Assembly (NCBI GenBank): GCA_902783725.1
Contig: CACZRV010000037.1
Location: forward strand, 1-56,476
DNA from: an uncultured Lachnospiraceae bacterium
GTDB lineage: Bacteria; Bacillota; Clostridia; Lachnospirales; Lachnospiraceae
DNA length: 56,476 nucleotides
Reading direction: 5' to 3'
Shown here: piece by piece, positions 8,206 to 18,852 of the stretch
Layout of the letters: every line of letters begins with the position of its first letter
Position numbering within the stretch: the stretch's first letter is position 1
Notes under the pieces: model-generated
Seen by the model: the letters and a program-made list of their open reading frames with translations, nothing else
The model's database searches: none
Told to the model about the DNA's origin: nothing
Position numbers and translations under genes: made by a program

Positions 8206-10275
8206 ATGGTATTAAAAGAGGTTTACAAGGACCTGTTCAAGATCGGAACGGCGGTGGAGAGCATCCACGACCGCTTCGAGAACAACGAGATCGGCAATCC
8301 GGACAAGGAGGCGCTGATCGCGCGGGAATTCTCGAGCATGACCTGCGCCAACGAGATGAAGCCGGCGTACAACATGGGCTGGAGCAGCCCGGAGGCGCGG
8401 GAGGATTTTCTGCCCTACGTTATCAATCCGAACGCAAAAAGAATGCTTGACTGGGCGAAGGAGCACGGCATGAAGATGCGTGCCCATGTGATGGTATGGC
8501 ACAGCCAGTGCCCGCAGGAGGCCTTCTGCAAGGGCTACAAGCCCGTCACGATCCCGACGGATCCCGCGAAGCTTGCGGAAAATCCGCGCCTTAAGTTCTT
8601 TGAGCGCCTCGACCCGGTCTGCTTCGTCGACAGGGACACGATGCTCAAGCGCCTGGAGAGCTACATTCACTCGATGCTTGATTACCTTTACAAAAACGGC
8701 TACGCGGAGATCATCTACGCGTGGGATGTGGTGAACGAGGCGATCGAGCTTGCGGACAAGACGGAGACCGGACTTCGCAACAGCTACTGGTATCAGGTCA
8801 TCGGCGATGACTTCATCTACTGGGCGTTCCGCTTTGCCAACGAGGCGGTGGCGGAGTGCATCGGAAAATACGCCGATCTCTACGGCATTGACCCTGCCGA
8901 CGCAGAAGGCGTGAAGCGCATCAAGCCGGTGCTTGTATACAACGATTACAACGAGTTCCAGCCCGACAAGAAGAAGGCGATCATCGACAATCTTCACCGC
9001 GAGGGCCACGGCCACGGCAGCGTGGTGGGCGAGGGCCTCTTGGGCGGTATCGGCATGCAGGGTCACATCTCCGACAACAACGACATCGACGAGTATATCA
9101 CAGCGCTTCGCGATTACGCGGCATTTGCCCCGGAGATCCATATCACGGAGCTGGACGTAAAATGCACCTGCTCTAACATCAACCGCGAGTACTATCAGGC
9201 TGTATTTTACAAAGAGCTGTTCGAGCGCCTGATTGCGGAGCGCAGAAGCGGCGTAAACCTCACCTCCGTGACGCTCTGGGGCCTTACGGACGACAATTCC
9301 TGGATCCGCGGGGCGGACCCGCTGGTGTTCCGCAAGGATCTTTCCAAGAAGAAGTCCTACGATGCCCTGGTGTATGCGGTACAGGGCGGCGACCTCGGCG
9401 AGCCCGAGTATGTGAAGAGGGATCTCTCCGACAGAGTCTTCGATTTCGAGACCCCCGAGGGCACGGAGCCGAAGAAGCCCGAGGAGCTCGGCTTCAAGAT
9501 GCGCGGCTTCGGCGAATGCATCTACACTGCCGACGAGGCCCACAGCGGAAAGACATCGCTCACAACGACGCCCCGCTTCGGCGAGTGGATGGGCATCACC
9601 TACGACATTTCCGATTTCCTGGGGCAGACGATTCAGATCAATGCCTGGGTGAAGAGTGCCGCAAAGGAGGTCTTTATAAGTCTGGATCGCGAGTTCCACT
9701 CGTCAGTGCTCGCGTCTGTCGAGGGAGGGGACGATTGGAAGCTTCTGCAGCTTTCCTACAAGGTGCCTACGGACCAGTATTCCGTCCGTCTGTTCTTCGG
9801 AACCAAAGAGGAGGATCCGCACCATGCAAGCCCGCTGTTCCTCGATGACCTGACGGTTTCGCTTATCGGTCAGGAGGAGAGCTTTGAGGAGGAGACCAAC
9901 ATCGCGGCGATCCGCGGCGCCGGTCACCTGCCGTTTATCTTCGTAACCGATAAGGAGTCCGTGGACGGCAAGGGCCATTCGCTGGGCGTAACGAGACAGG
10001 AGAAGGATGCAACGGTTTCTCTGGATGTGTCCGCGTATATCGGCAAGACCGTCGATGTGACGATGTTTGTGAAGACGTCGGACAAGCTGATCCGCATCGG
10101 CGTGGACGGCTCCGAGCCGGTGTGCATCGCCGAGGTTGCGGCAGCGGCCGACGGCTGGACCGAGATCAACGCGAAGGCGATGCTGCCGGAGGGCGCACTC
10201 TCGGCGAAGCTCTACGTCGAGACCGACGGACGCGCGGACTTCTTTGTGGATGATGTGTTTGTGAGATTGGCATAA
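8206..10275 (+). CDS. GH10 endo-1,4-beta-xylanase with C-terminal carbohydrate-binding-like modules, no signal peptide
   Basis: 689 aa. GH10 acid/base motif WDVVNEA and nucleophile motif ITELDV. About 270 C-terminal residues form two similar beta-rich modules (…FFGTKEE…LFLDDLTV and …LYVETDGRADFFVDDVFV). Confidence 0.8.
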   Translation: MVLKEVYKDLFKIGTAVESIHDRFENNEIGNPDKEALIAREFSSMTCANEMKPAYNMGWSSPEAREDFLPYVINPNAKRMLDWAKEHGMKMRAHVMVWHSQCPQEAFCKGYKPVTIPTDPAKLAENPRLKFFERLDPVCFVDRDTMLKRLESYIHSMLDYLYKNGYAEIIYAWDVVNEAIELADKTETGLRNSYWYQVIGDDFIYWAFRFANEAVAECIGKYADLYGIDPADAEGVKRIKPVLVYNDYNEFQPDKKKAIIDNLHREGHGHGSVVGEGLLGGIGMQGHISDNNDIDEYITALRDYAAFAPEIHITELDVKCTCSNINREYYQAVFYKELFERLIAERRSGVNLTSVTLWGLTDDNSWIRGADPLVFRKDLSKKKSYDALVYAVQGGDLGEPEYVKRDLSDRVFDFETPEGTEPKKPEELGFKMRGFGECIYTADEAHSGKTSLTTTPRFGEWMGITYDISDFLGQTIQINAWVKSAAKEVFISLDREFHSSVLASVEGGDDWKLLQLSYKVPTDQYSVRLFFGTKEEDPHHASPLFLDDLTVSLIGQEESFEEETNIAAIRGAGHLPFIFVTDKESVDGKGHSLGVTRQEKDATVSLDVSAYIGKTVDVTMFVKTSDKLIRIGVDGSEPVCIAEVAAAADGWTEINAKAMLPEGALSAKLYVETDGRADFFVDDVFVRLA

Positions 10276-10295
10276 GGGAAGGAAGGAGAAGGAAA

Positions 10296-11474
10296 ATGTT
10301 CGGATTCCGGTATTTTACGCCTACGAAGGTGGTGTTCGGAAAGGACACGGAGTATCAGGTTGCCGACCTTGTGAAGGAGTTCGGCGGAACGAAGGTTTTG
10401 ATCCATTACGGTGGCGGAAGCGTGGTTCGCTCGGGACTTTTGGCCCGCGTTACGAAGTGCCTGGACGAGGCCGGTATTGCATATATCACTCTGGGCGGCG
10501 CGGTGCCGAACCCGCATCTCTCGCTTGTGTACGAGGGCATTGAGCTGTGCCGGAAGGAGGGCGTTGACTTCCTTTTGGCGGTTGGCGGCGGCAGTGCCAT
10601 CGACTCGGCGAAGGCCATGGGCTACGGCCTCGCCAACGGCGGCGATGTCTGGGACTTCTATGATTACAAGAGAAAAGCAGAGGGTAGCGTGCCCCTGGGC
10701 GTCATCCTCACGATCGCCGCAACGGGCAGCGAGATGAGCGATTCCTCCGTCATCACGAAGGAGGAGGGGCTTGTGAAGCGCGGCTACAGCAGCGATTACG
10801 GCAGACCGAAGTTTGCCATCTTAAACCCCGACCTTACGATGACGCTTCCGGATTACCAGACGGCCTGCGGGTGCACCGATATCATGATGCACACCATGGA
10901 GCGGTATTTTACGAACGGCGGCAATATGGAGATTACGGACGCGCTGGCGGAAGGTCTGCTGCGGACCGTGAAGGAGCAGGCGAAGATCCTTGCGAAGGAT
11001 CCCGGCAACTACGACGCCCGCGCCGAGGTGATGTGGGCCGGAAGCCTGTCCCACAACGGCCTGACCGGCTGCGGCAACGACGGCGGCGACTGGATGACCC
11101 ACAAGCTCGAGCATGAGCTGGGCGGCCTCTACGATGTGGCCCACGGAGCAGGCCTTGCGGCCATCTGGGGAAGCTGGGCGCGCTACGTGTACAAAAACTG
11201 CCTGCCTCGCTTCAAGCGCTTCGCGATCAACGTGATGGGCGTTGCGGACGAGGGAACCGACGAGGAGATCGCGCTTCGCGGCATCGAGGCCATGGAGGAC
11301 TTCTACCGTGAGATCAAGATGCCCACGAACCTCCGCGAGCTCGGCGTGAAGGCCACCGAGGAGGACCTCAAGCTCATGGCGCACAAGTGCGCGGTGGGCG
11401 TGAACGGCGGTAAGGGTTCCGCCAGATTCCTTCGCGAGGAGGACATGCTGGCGATCTTTCGGATGAGCATGTAA
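10296..11474 (+). CDS. Iron-containing (group III) alcohol dehydrogenase
   Basis: 392 aa. GGGSAIDSAKA motif and His-rich metal-site region (HxxxH: HKLEHELGGLYDVAHGAG). SD GGAAGGAGAAGG upstream. Confidence 0.85.
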   Translation: MFGFRYFTPTKVVFGKDTEYQVADLVKEFGGTKVLIHYGGGSVVRSGLLARVTKCLDEAGIAYITLGGAVPNPHLSLVYEGIELCRKEGVDFLLAVGGGSAIDSAKAMGYGLANGGDVWDFYDYKRKAEGSVPLGVILTIAATGSEMSDSSVITKEEGLVKRGYSSDYGRPKFAILNPDLTMTLPDYQTACGCTDIMMHTMERYFTNGGNMEITDALAEGLLRTVKEQAKILAKDPGNYDARAEVMWAGSLSHNGLTGCGNDGGDWMTHKLEHELGGLYDVAHGAGLAAIWGSWARYVYKNCLPRFKRFAINVMGVADEGTDEEIALRGIEAMEDFYREIKMPTNLRELGVKATEEDLKLMAHKCAVGVNGGKGSARFLREEDMLAIFRMSM

Positions 11475-11499
11475 ACATCGCAACAACAGAGAATTCTCG

Positions 11500-11538
11500 G
11501 TTGCAGAGCGGCTTTGGTTACCGCTCTGCAACTTTTTT
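11500..11538 (+). terminator. Intrinsic terminator after the ADH gene
   Basis: 12-bp stem GTTGCAGAGCGG/CCGCTCTGCAAC followed by TTTTTT. Confidence 0.85.
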
Positions 11539-11560
11539 GTAAAAAATTGCAAAATAGTAC

Positions 11561-11589
11561 TTGCAAGATAAAAAAGTGTGTGATATAAT
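11561..11589 (+). promoter_or_regulatory. Sigma-A-like promoter
   Basis: TTGCAA, 17 nt spacer, TATAAT (11584-11589) with TGa extended -10. Confidence 0.6.
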
Positions 11590-11595
11590 CCGCAA

Positions 11596-11615
11596 CAGTT
11601 AGCCGAGGGTAACTG
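11596..11615 (+). promoter_or_regulatory. GTTAGC...TAAC palindrome/5' hairpin, copy 1
   Basis: CAGTTAGCC-GAG-GGTAACTG begins 6 nt after the -10 hexamer, so it would be the first structure of the transcript or an operator at +1. Confidence 0.5.
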
Positions 11616-11629
11616 AAAGAGAGAAAGGA

Positions 11630-11877
11630 ACTTGCGGCACCGGAACGGGATTGTGTAAGGCACAGCCGGCGGGTGCGCGGAGAGGAGAACCGGGTGCCTG
11701 AGGATATGACGATTGTTCGGCTCCTACGGATGGGGCGACGGCGAGTGGATGCGCAACTGGCAGGAACAGTGCTTAAAGGACGGCGCCATCATGGCTGCAG
11801 ACCCTGTCATCTGCAATGACAGCCCGGACGATGCTGCGCTGGAGGAATGCCGCAGTCTGGGAGAGGCGCTGGCGTAA
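11630..11877 (+). pseudogene. Flavodoxin gene remnant (N-terminal part frameshifted/deleted, C-terminal 54 codons intact)
   Basis: The frame from 11713 reads (M)FGSYGWGDGEWMRNWQEQCLKDGAIMAADPVICNDSPDDAALEECRSLGEALA*, the short-chain flavodoxin FMN-loop motif FGSYGWGDG plus C-terminus. A stop lies immediately upstream in that frame. GGCACCGGAACGGGA at ~11634 resembles the SGTGNTE phosphate loop in another frame. Total length is far too short for an intact flavodoxin. Confidence 0.5.
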
Positions 11878-12139
11878 GGAGAGCGTCCCGGTGATACCGC
11901 GAAAGCGGAAAATGAAAGTGTTGATTATCGGCCATTGGAATCCGGGGCTGCGTACGGTCATACGCGCGCAGCCCTTTCCTGTTACAACGAGGGCGGGACG
12001 CGGATTTCAATGAAATGGCACCCCCGTTACTGTGTCGGTTCGGCGTGTTGTTTTCTTGCCATTGTTATACTATTCCGACGGGGGCCTTCCAAAGGGGCTC
12101 CCGTCAGTGTATTTACGAAAAATGTTAGGAGGATTCCGA

Positions 12140-12787
12140 ATGCCAAGAAAGAAATCGGTCAACCACGGAAAGATCGTGGAGGCGGCCAAAAAGGAGTTTG
12201 AGCGGTGCGGCTTTAAGGAGGCTTCCATGCGGAACATCGCGGCGGAGGCGGGGATGAGCGCATCGGGGCTTTACAAGCATTTTCCGAGCAAGGAGGAGAT
12301 GTTTGCAAGCCTTGTGGAGCCGGTGAAGGCGGAGTTTGAGAGAGAGTATCGCGAGCGGGAGCGCAGGGAGTACGCGGAGCTCGGAAGCGGGAAGCCGGAG
12401 ATCTCGGCGGAACAGACCGGGGGAAACCGGTGGGCCATGGAGTACATTTACGACCACCTCGAGGAGTTTCGGCTTTTGGTCATCAAATCCGGCGGGACCA
12501 TGTACGAAAACTATATCCACGATGTGGCGAAGCTTGAGGAGACGTCGACGCTCGCATTTATCAGCGAACTGCGCAAGAAGGGGGAGGCCCCCATCGATCT
12601 GCCGCGCAAGGAGGTGCACCTTTTGGTGACGGCGCAGGTCAATGCGGTGTTCGAGGCGGTGAAGCACGGCTTCTCAAAGGAGGAGGCGCTGCACTACGCA
12701 GATACGCTGGATGGATTTTTCATGCCCGGCTGGCTCCATGTCATGGGTGTGCCCGCGGAGGTTCTGCAGGCGGATGTGAGCGCGTGA
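12140..12787 (+). CDS. TetR/AcrR family transcriptional regulator
   Basis: Start MPRKKS after AGGAGG SD. N-terminal HTH GFKEASMRNIAAEAGMSASGLYKHFPSKEEMF is the TetR signature. Confidence 0.85.
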   Translation: MPRKKSVNHGKIVEAAKKEFERCGFKEASMRNIAAEAGMSASGLYKHFPSKEEMFASLVEPVKAEFEREYRERERREYAELGSGKPEISAEQTGGNRWAMEYIYDHLEEFRLLVIKSGGTMYENYIHDVAKLEETSTLAFISELRKKGEAPIDLPRKEVHLLVTAQVNAVFEAVKHGFSKEEALHYADTLDGFFMPGWLHVMGVPAEVLQADVSA

Positions 12788-12797
12788 ACGCCCGGCG

Positions 12798-12826
12798 TTT
12801 GACAATGCGGGAAAAGATTATTACAA
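12798..12826 (+). promoter_or_regulatory. Sigma-A-like promoter for gpmA
   Basis: TTGACA, 17 nt spacer, TACAAT. A two-part hairpin follows (AAAGGT.CGAAAC...GTTTCG...ACCTTT). Confidence 0.6.
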
Positions 12827-12884
12827 TAAAGGTGCGAAACGCTCGTGTGGTTTCGGAAACCTTTGAAAACAGGAGGGAACGAAG

Positions 12885-13637
12885 ATGCACAAACTGGTTT
12901 TGATACGCCACGGGGAAAGTGAATGGAACAAGCTCAACCTCTTTACCGGCTGGACCGATGTGGAACTGAGCGAGCGGGGCCGCGAGGAGGCGGCGCTGGC
13001 GGGAGATACGCTCAAGGCGGAAGGGTACGATTTCGACGTGTGCTACACGTCGTATTTAAAGCGCGCCATTCACACGCTGCAGATTGCCCTTGACCGGATG
13101 GACCGCGCATGGCTCCCGGTGGTCAAGTCGTGGAAGTTAAACGAGCGTCACTACGGCGCGCTGCAGGGGCTCAACAAGGCGGAGACAGCCGCCAAATACG
13201 GCGAGGATCAGGTGAAAATCTGGCGCCGCTCCTACGATGTGAAGCCGCCGGCACTGACCGATGACGACGAGCGGAGCGCAAAGAAGCAGGAGATGTACCG
13301 CGATGTGGATCCGGCGCTTCTGCCCGCAAACGAGAGCCTCGAGACCACCATCGAGCGCGTGATCCCGTACTATGAGGAAGTGATCAAAAAGGACATGGAG
13401 GCCGGAAAGCGCGTGATCATCGCAGCGCACGGCAATTCTCTCCGCGCCCTCGTAAAATACCTGGACAACCTCTCGCCGGAGGAGATCCTCGGCGTGAACA
13501 TTCCCACGGCGGTGCCGTTAGTGTATGAGCTGGACGACGATTTCAAGGTGATCCGCCACTACTACCTTGGGGATCAGGAGGCACTCAAGGCAAAGATGGA
13601 AGCCGTTGCGAACCAGGGAAAGAAGGCCGCAAAATAA
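12885..13637 (+). CDS. gpmA: 2,3-bisphosphoglycerate-dependent phosphoglycerate mutase
   Basis: 250 aa. [10 protein letters not shown] active-site motif, later HGNSLRAL, overall dPGM pattern. SD AGGAGGGA. Confidence 0.9.
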   Translation: MHKLVLIRHGESEWNKLNLFTGWTDVELSERGREEAALAGDTLKAEGYDFDVCYTSYLKRAIHTLQIALDRMDRAWLPVVKSWKLNERHYGALQGLNKAETAAKYGEDQVKIWRRSYDVKPPALTDDDERSAKKQEMYRDVDPALLPANESLETTIERVIPYYEEVIKKDMEAGKRVIIAAHGNSLRALVKYLDNLSPEEILGVNIPTAVPLVYELDDDFKVIRHYYLGDQEALKAKMEAVANQGKKAAK

Positions 13638-13687
13638 CGCGGTTTCGTTAGCGAACAAAAAGGCACAAGTGTGTCTTGACTCCATCC

Positions 13688-13740
13688 GGCGAACGGTGTA
13701 CTCTTGAGAACGCGAGAAAACATCGTTCGCCTTTGTTTTG
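13688..13740 (+). terminator. Possible gpmA terminator (weak)
   Basis: GGCGAACG...CGTTCGCC (8 bp, large loop) followed by TTTGTTTTG. The loop is unusually long, so confidence is low. Confidence 0.3.
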
Positions 13741-13780
13741 CGATTATCGGGCTGCATTTTGCAGCCTTAAAATATGCGAT

Positions 13781-13802
13781 GCAGTTAGCTGAGGCTAACT
13801 GC
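13781..13802 (+). promoter_or_regulatory. GTTAGC-N4-GCTAAC palindrome/5' hairpin, copy 2 (perfect 9-bp arms)
   Basis: GCAGTTAGC-TGAG-GCTAACTGC starts 7 nt after a TAAAAT -10-like hexamer (13768-13773). It ends immediately before the GGAAAGGAG SD of the ABC exporter gene. Confidence 0.55.
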
Positions 13803-13817
13803 GGAAAGGAGTTCCGA

Positions 13818-15581
13818 ATGGAACAAAACAAGAAGAACGGAAAGGACAGATCGACGCTCGGATGGGTCGTGGAGTTTGCGGGAATTCACCGCATTCACTA
13901 CATCGTAAGCATCATTCTTGCGTTCGGCAGCGTTGTCTGCGGATTTGTCCCGTATCTGTACCTGGGAGACATGGTGAAGGGGCTCGTGGAGCGTACCGCG
14001 GACGAGGCATTCTGCATGGACCGGATCGCCTGGATGGCCCTGTTCTGGATACTGCACCGGCTGTTTCACTGCTTCTCGACGACACTGTCGCACAAGGCGA
14101 CATTTTCCGTGCTCGCGGAGATTCGCCGCCGTCTGACGGCCAAGCTTGCACGCATGCCTTTGGGGGACGTGCTGGAGCAGTCCTCCGGAACGTATAAAAA
14201 CATTATCATCGAGCGCGTCGACTCCATCGAGACGACGCTTGCACATATGATCCCCGAGGTGCTCTCGAACGCGGTGGTGCCGATCGGCATTTTCATCCTC
14301 ATGCTCACCATCGACTGGCGCCTGGCGCTTCTGTCGCTTTTGAGCCTGCCGGTGGGACTCGTGTTCTTCGGCCACATGATGGCGGGCTCCCAGAAGGATT
14401 TTGACAACGCGATCCAGAAGACGAAGGCTTTAAACGACACGGCCGTCGAGTACATCAACGGCATTGAGGTCATCAAGGCCTTCGGAAAATCCAAAACCTC
14501 CTACGAGAAGTTCGTCCGCGCCGCAAAGGAGGGCGCCGACTGCTTCGTCGAGTGGATGCGCCGCTGCAACATCGACCAGAACGTGGGCATGACGCTGATG
14601 CCTGCCCAGCTGCTCTCTCTGCTGCCGTTTTCCGCATGGTTTTACATGACCGGCCGCACAAGCGGACCGGACGTTTTGATGATCATCATCTTAGCGCTCG
14701 GACTGGTGGGCCCCTTCGTGCGCGTCGCAAGCTACATGGACGATGCCAACAAGATGGGCGTCATCATCGGCGAGGCGACCGCAATCCTCAAAAAGCGCGA
14801 CCTGGAGCGCCCGGAGACGTCCCTTGCGACACCCTCCGGCAGCGCCATCGAGCTTCGGGATGTACACTTCGGTTACAAAGATCAGGAGGTTTTGCACGGT
14901 GTCAATCTGAAGATCGCGGAAGGCGAGGTCACGGCGCTGGTGGGACCGTCCGGAGCAGGCAAATCCACGGTGGCGAAGCTCATCGCCTCCTTCTGGGACG
15001 TGGACGGCGGAGAGATCACCTACGGCGGCGCGGACATCCGCAAACTGGCCCTCGCGGAGTACAACAAAAACATCGCGTACGTGTCGCAGGACAATTATCT
15101 TTTTGACGTCTCCGTCATGGAGAACATCCGCATGGGCCGCCCCGGCGCCACCGATGCGGACGTGATCGCTGCGGCGAGAGCCTGCGGCTGCCACGACTTT
15201 ATCAAGGATCTGGAGAACGGTTACCACACCGTTGCCGGCGGTTCGGGAGCGCACCTCTCGGGCGGCGAGCGGCAGCGGATTGCGATTGCCCGGGCGATGT
15301 TAAAGGACGCGCCCGTCGTCATCTTAGACGAGGCGACGGCCTACACCGATCCGGAAAATGAAGCTCTGGTACAGAAGTCGGTTGCAAAACTCGTCAAGGG
15401 CAAGACGCTGATCGTTATTGCACACCGTCTTTCGACGATCGCCACAGCCGATCACATCGTTCTGATCAACGACGGACAGGTGGAGGCGGAGGGCACGCAG
15501 GAGGAGCTTCTTGCGAAGAGCGCATTGTACCGTGAGATGTGGGAAGCCCACAGCAGCACGAAGGATACGGAGGTGGCATAA
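13818..15581 (+). CDS. ABC exporter, fused permease/ATPase subunit (heterodimer partner 1)
   Basis: Start MEQNKK after AAGGAG. Six-TM N-terminal domain, Walker A GPSGAGKST, signature LSGGERQR, Walker B VVILDEAT. Confidence 0.85.
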   Translation: MEQNKKNGKDRSTLGWVVEFAGIHRIHYIVSIILAFGSVVCGFVPYLYLGDMVKGLVERTADEAFCMDRIAWMALFWILHRLFHCFSTTLSHKATFSVLAEIRRRLTAKLARMPLGDVLEQSSGTYKNIIIERVDSIETTLAHMIPEVLSNAVVPIGIFILMLTIDWRLALLSLLSLPVGLVFFGHMMAGSQKDFDNAIQKTKALNDTAVEYINGIEVIKAFGKSKTSYEKFVRAAKEGADCFVEWMRRCNIDQNVGMTLMPAQLLSLLPFSAWFYMTGRTSGPDVLMIIILALGLVGPFVRVASYMDDANKMGVIIGEATAILKKRDLERPETSLATPSGSAIELRDVHFGYKDQEVLHGVNLKIAEGEVTALVGPSGAGKSTVAKLIASFWDVDGGEITYGGADIRKLALAEYNKNIAYVSQDNYLFDVSVMENIRMGRPGATDADVIAAARACGCHDFIKDLENGYHTVAGGSGAHLSGGERQRIAIARAMLKDAPVVILDEATAYTDPENEALVQKSVAKLVKGKTLIVIAHRLSTIATADHIVLINDGQVEAEGTQEELLAKSALYREMWEAHSSTKDTEVA

Positions 15582-17317
15582 TGCTTGCGATATTACGAAA
15601 ATTCTTTGGCTTCTGCAATGAGGAGGACCGCCGCAAACTGCGGCTGTCGATGATCCTCGGAGTGGTAAGGGCGATGTTCACCGCGCTCCGCATTCCCGCG
15701 GTGGGAGTGATCGCCATGGGCATTATAAACGACAACATGAGCGCGAAGCACATCTGGGGTTCCTTCGGAATCATGTGCCTCTCGGTGATCGGACAGATCC
15801 TTGTGTCCTTAAAGACCACGATGCTGCAGTGCGAGGCCGGATACCACAGCAGCTGCAACAAGCGCATGGAAATCGCGGAACACCTTCGCTATCTTCCCAT
15901 GGGATTTTTCAACCAAAACAGCTTAGGACGCATCACCAACATCACCACCAACACGATGGAGGGCCTTGCGGACGTTGCGGCCCGCGTCGTCATGATGACG
16001 ACGCAGGGAATCTTAACGACCGCGGTCATCACGGTCATGATCTTCTGCTTTGACTGGAGGATCGGTGTGATCCTTGTGATCGGCGTCGTGTTGTTCGGCC
16101 TTTTCAATATGCTGATGCAGGCCTCCGCGAAGCGCTCCGCGCCGCGCAAGGCCGTGGCCGACGAGGCGCTGGTGTCGGCGGTCATCGAGTATGTGCAGGG
16201 CATTGCCGAGGTGAAAAACTTCAACCTCACCGGCAAGGAGGCAAAGAAGCTCTCCCGCGCGATCAAAAACAAGTGCAAGGGCGACACGCTTCTGGAATAC
16301 TCCGTCATTCCGTTCATGACACTTCAGAACATCACCACGAAGCTCATGGGAATCGCTATGGCCATCGCTTCGGTGAAGTTTTATTTTGCGGGGACCATGG
16401 ACCTTCTCTACACGATCATGATGACCGTGTCGTCGTTCCTGATCTACGAGAGTCTTGACCTGATGGGCAATTTCTCCGCGCTGCTTCGCACCATCGACAT
16501 CGCGGTGACTCAGGCGCAGGGCGTTTTGGCAGAGCCGGCCATGGACACCGAGGGCGAGGACATCACGCCGAAGCACTATGACATTGAACTTAAGGATGTA
16601 AGCTTTGCATATGAGTCCCGCCGCATCATCGACAACATCTCGCTGCAGATTCCCGAGAAGACCACGACGGCCATCGTCGGACCTTCCGGCGGCGGCAAGA
16701 CGACACTTACGAGCCTGATCGCCCGCTTCTGGGACGTGCAGGAGGGCGAGGTCATGCTCAACGGGCGTAACGTGAAGGAATACAGCTTTGACTCTCTGAT
16801 GCGGAACTTCAGTTTCGTCTTCCAGCGCGTGTATCTCTTTGAGGATACGATCGCGAACAACATCCGCTTCGGCGAGCCCGAGGCGTCGATGGAACGCGTG
16901 ATCGAGGCGGCGAAGAAGGCGCGCTGCCACGATTTCATCATGCAGTTGCCCGACGGCTATGAGACCGTCATCGGCGAGGGCGGCGCATCCCTCTCAGGTG
17001 GCGAGAAGCAGCGCATCTCCATCGCCCGCGCCATCTTAAAGGACAGCCCGATCATCATCCTGGACGAGGCGACGGCGAACGTCGATCCGGAAAATGAGGC
17101 AGAGCTTGTCAAGGCGGTGCAGGAGCTCACCCGCGACAAGACCATCATCATGATCGCACATCGCCTGAAGACCGTGCGCAACGCCGATCAGATCCTGGTG
17201 ATCGACCAGGGGCGCATCGCCCAGCAGGGCACCCACGAGCAGCTGATGCGGAAGGACGGAATTTACCGCCGCTTTGTCTCCGAACGAAGCGAAGCCGCGT
17301 CGTGGAAGATCGCGTAA
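15581..17317 (+). CDS. ABC exporter, fused permease/ATPase subunit (heterodimer partner 2)
   Basis: ATG overlaps the upstream TAA (TAATG). Walker A GPSGGGKTT, LSGGEKQR, IIILDEAT. Confidence 0.85.
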   Translation: MLAILRKFFGFCNEEDRRKLRLSMILGVVRAMFTALRIPAVGVIAMGIINDNMSAKHIWGSFGIMCLSVIGQILVSLKTTMLQCEAGYHSSCNKRMEIAEHLRYLPMGFFNQNSLGRITNITTNTMEGLADVAARVVMMTTQGILTTAVITVMIFCFDWRIGVILVIGVVLFGLFNMLMQASAKRSAPRKAVADEALVSAVIEYVQGIAEVKNFNLTGKEAKKLSRAIKNKCKGDTLLEYSVIPFMTLQNITTKLMGIAMAIASVKFYFAGTMDLLYTIMMTVSSFLIYESLDLMGNFSALLRTIDIAVTQAQGVLAEPAMDTEGEDITPKHYDIELKDVSFAYESRRIIDNISLQIPEKTTTAIVGPSGGGKTTLTSLIARFWDVQEGEVMLNGRNVKEYSFDSLMRNFSFVFQRVYLFEDTIANNIRFGEPEASMERVIEAAKKARCHDFIMQLPDGYETVIGEGGASLSGGEKQRISIARAILKDSPIIILDEATANVDPENEAELVKAVQELTRDKTIIMIAHRLKTVRNADQILVIDQGRIAQQGTHEQLMRKDGIYRRFVSERSEAASWKIA

Positions 17318-17380
17318 GGCATTAACAGTTGCCTTTGGGTTACAAAGACAGAAAGTTCGCTACGAATTGCGAAAAAGCGG

Positions 17381-17409
17381 TTGACAGCAACCCAAAACAG
17401 TGATAGTAT
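17381..17409 (+). promoter_or_regulatory. Sigma-A-like promoter for eno
   Basis: TTGACA, 17 nt spacer, TAGTAT with TGa extended -10. Confidence 0.6.
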
Positions 17410-17418
17410 CGAAAGCGA

Positions 17419-18842
<1,424 letters not shown>

Positions 18843-18852
18843 GGATGATCCC

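Noticed and set aside
8212-9699. Very long antisense ORFs inside GC-rich genes. Examples: 8212..9699 (495 aa, opposite the GH10 gene), 5375..6460, 7268..8176, 16013..16930, 27440..28663, 37632..38627, 43635..44516, 48843..49712, 49919..50881, 51321..52250 and 51904..52788.
   Set aside because: They are Arg/Ala/Gly/His-rich, low-complexity and lack SD sequences. Each lies exactly opposite a gene with clear family motifs. This is the expected shadow-ORF artefact of high GC3 coding sequence.
11940-12035. Cobalamin-riboswitch-like fragments (GGAATCC…, GCACCCCCGTTACTGT).
   Set aside because: These are only loose resemblances. There is no GCCACTG B12 box, no proper multi-stem arrangement and no B12-related downstream gene.
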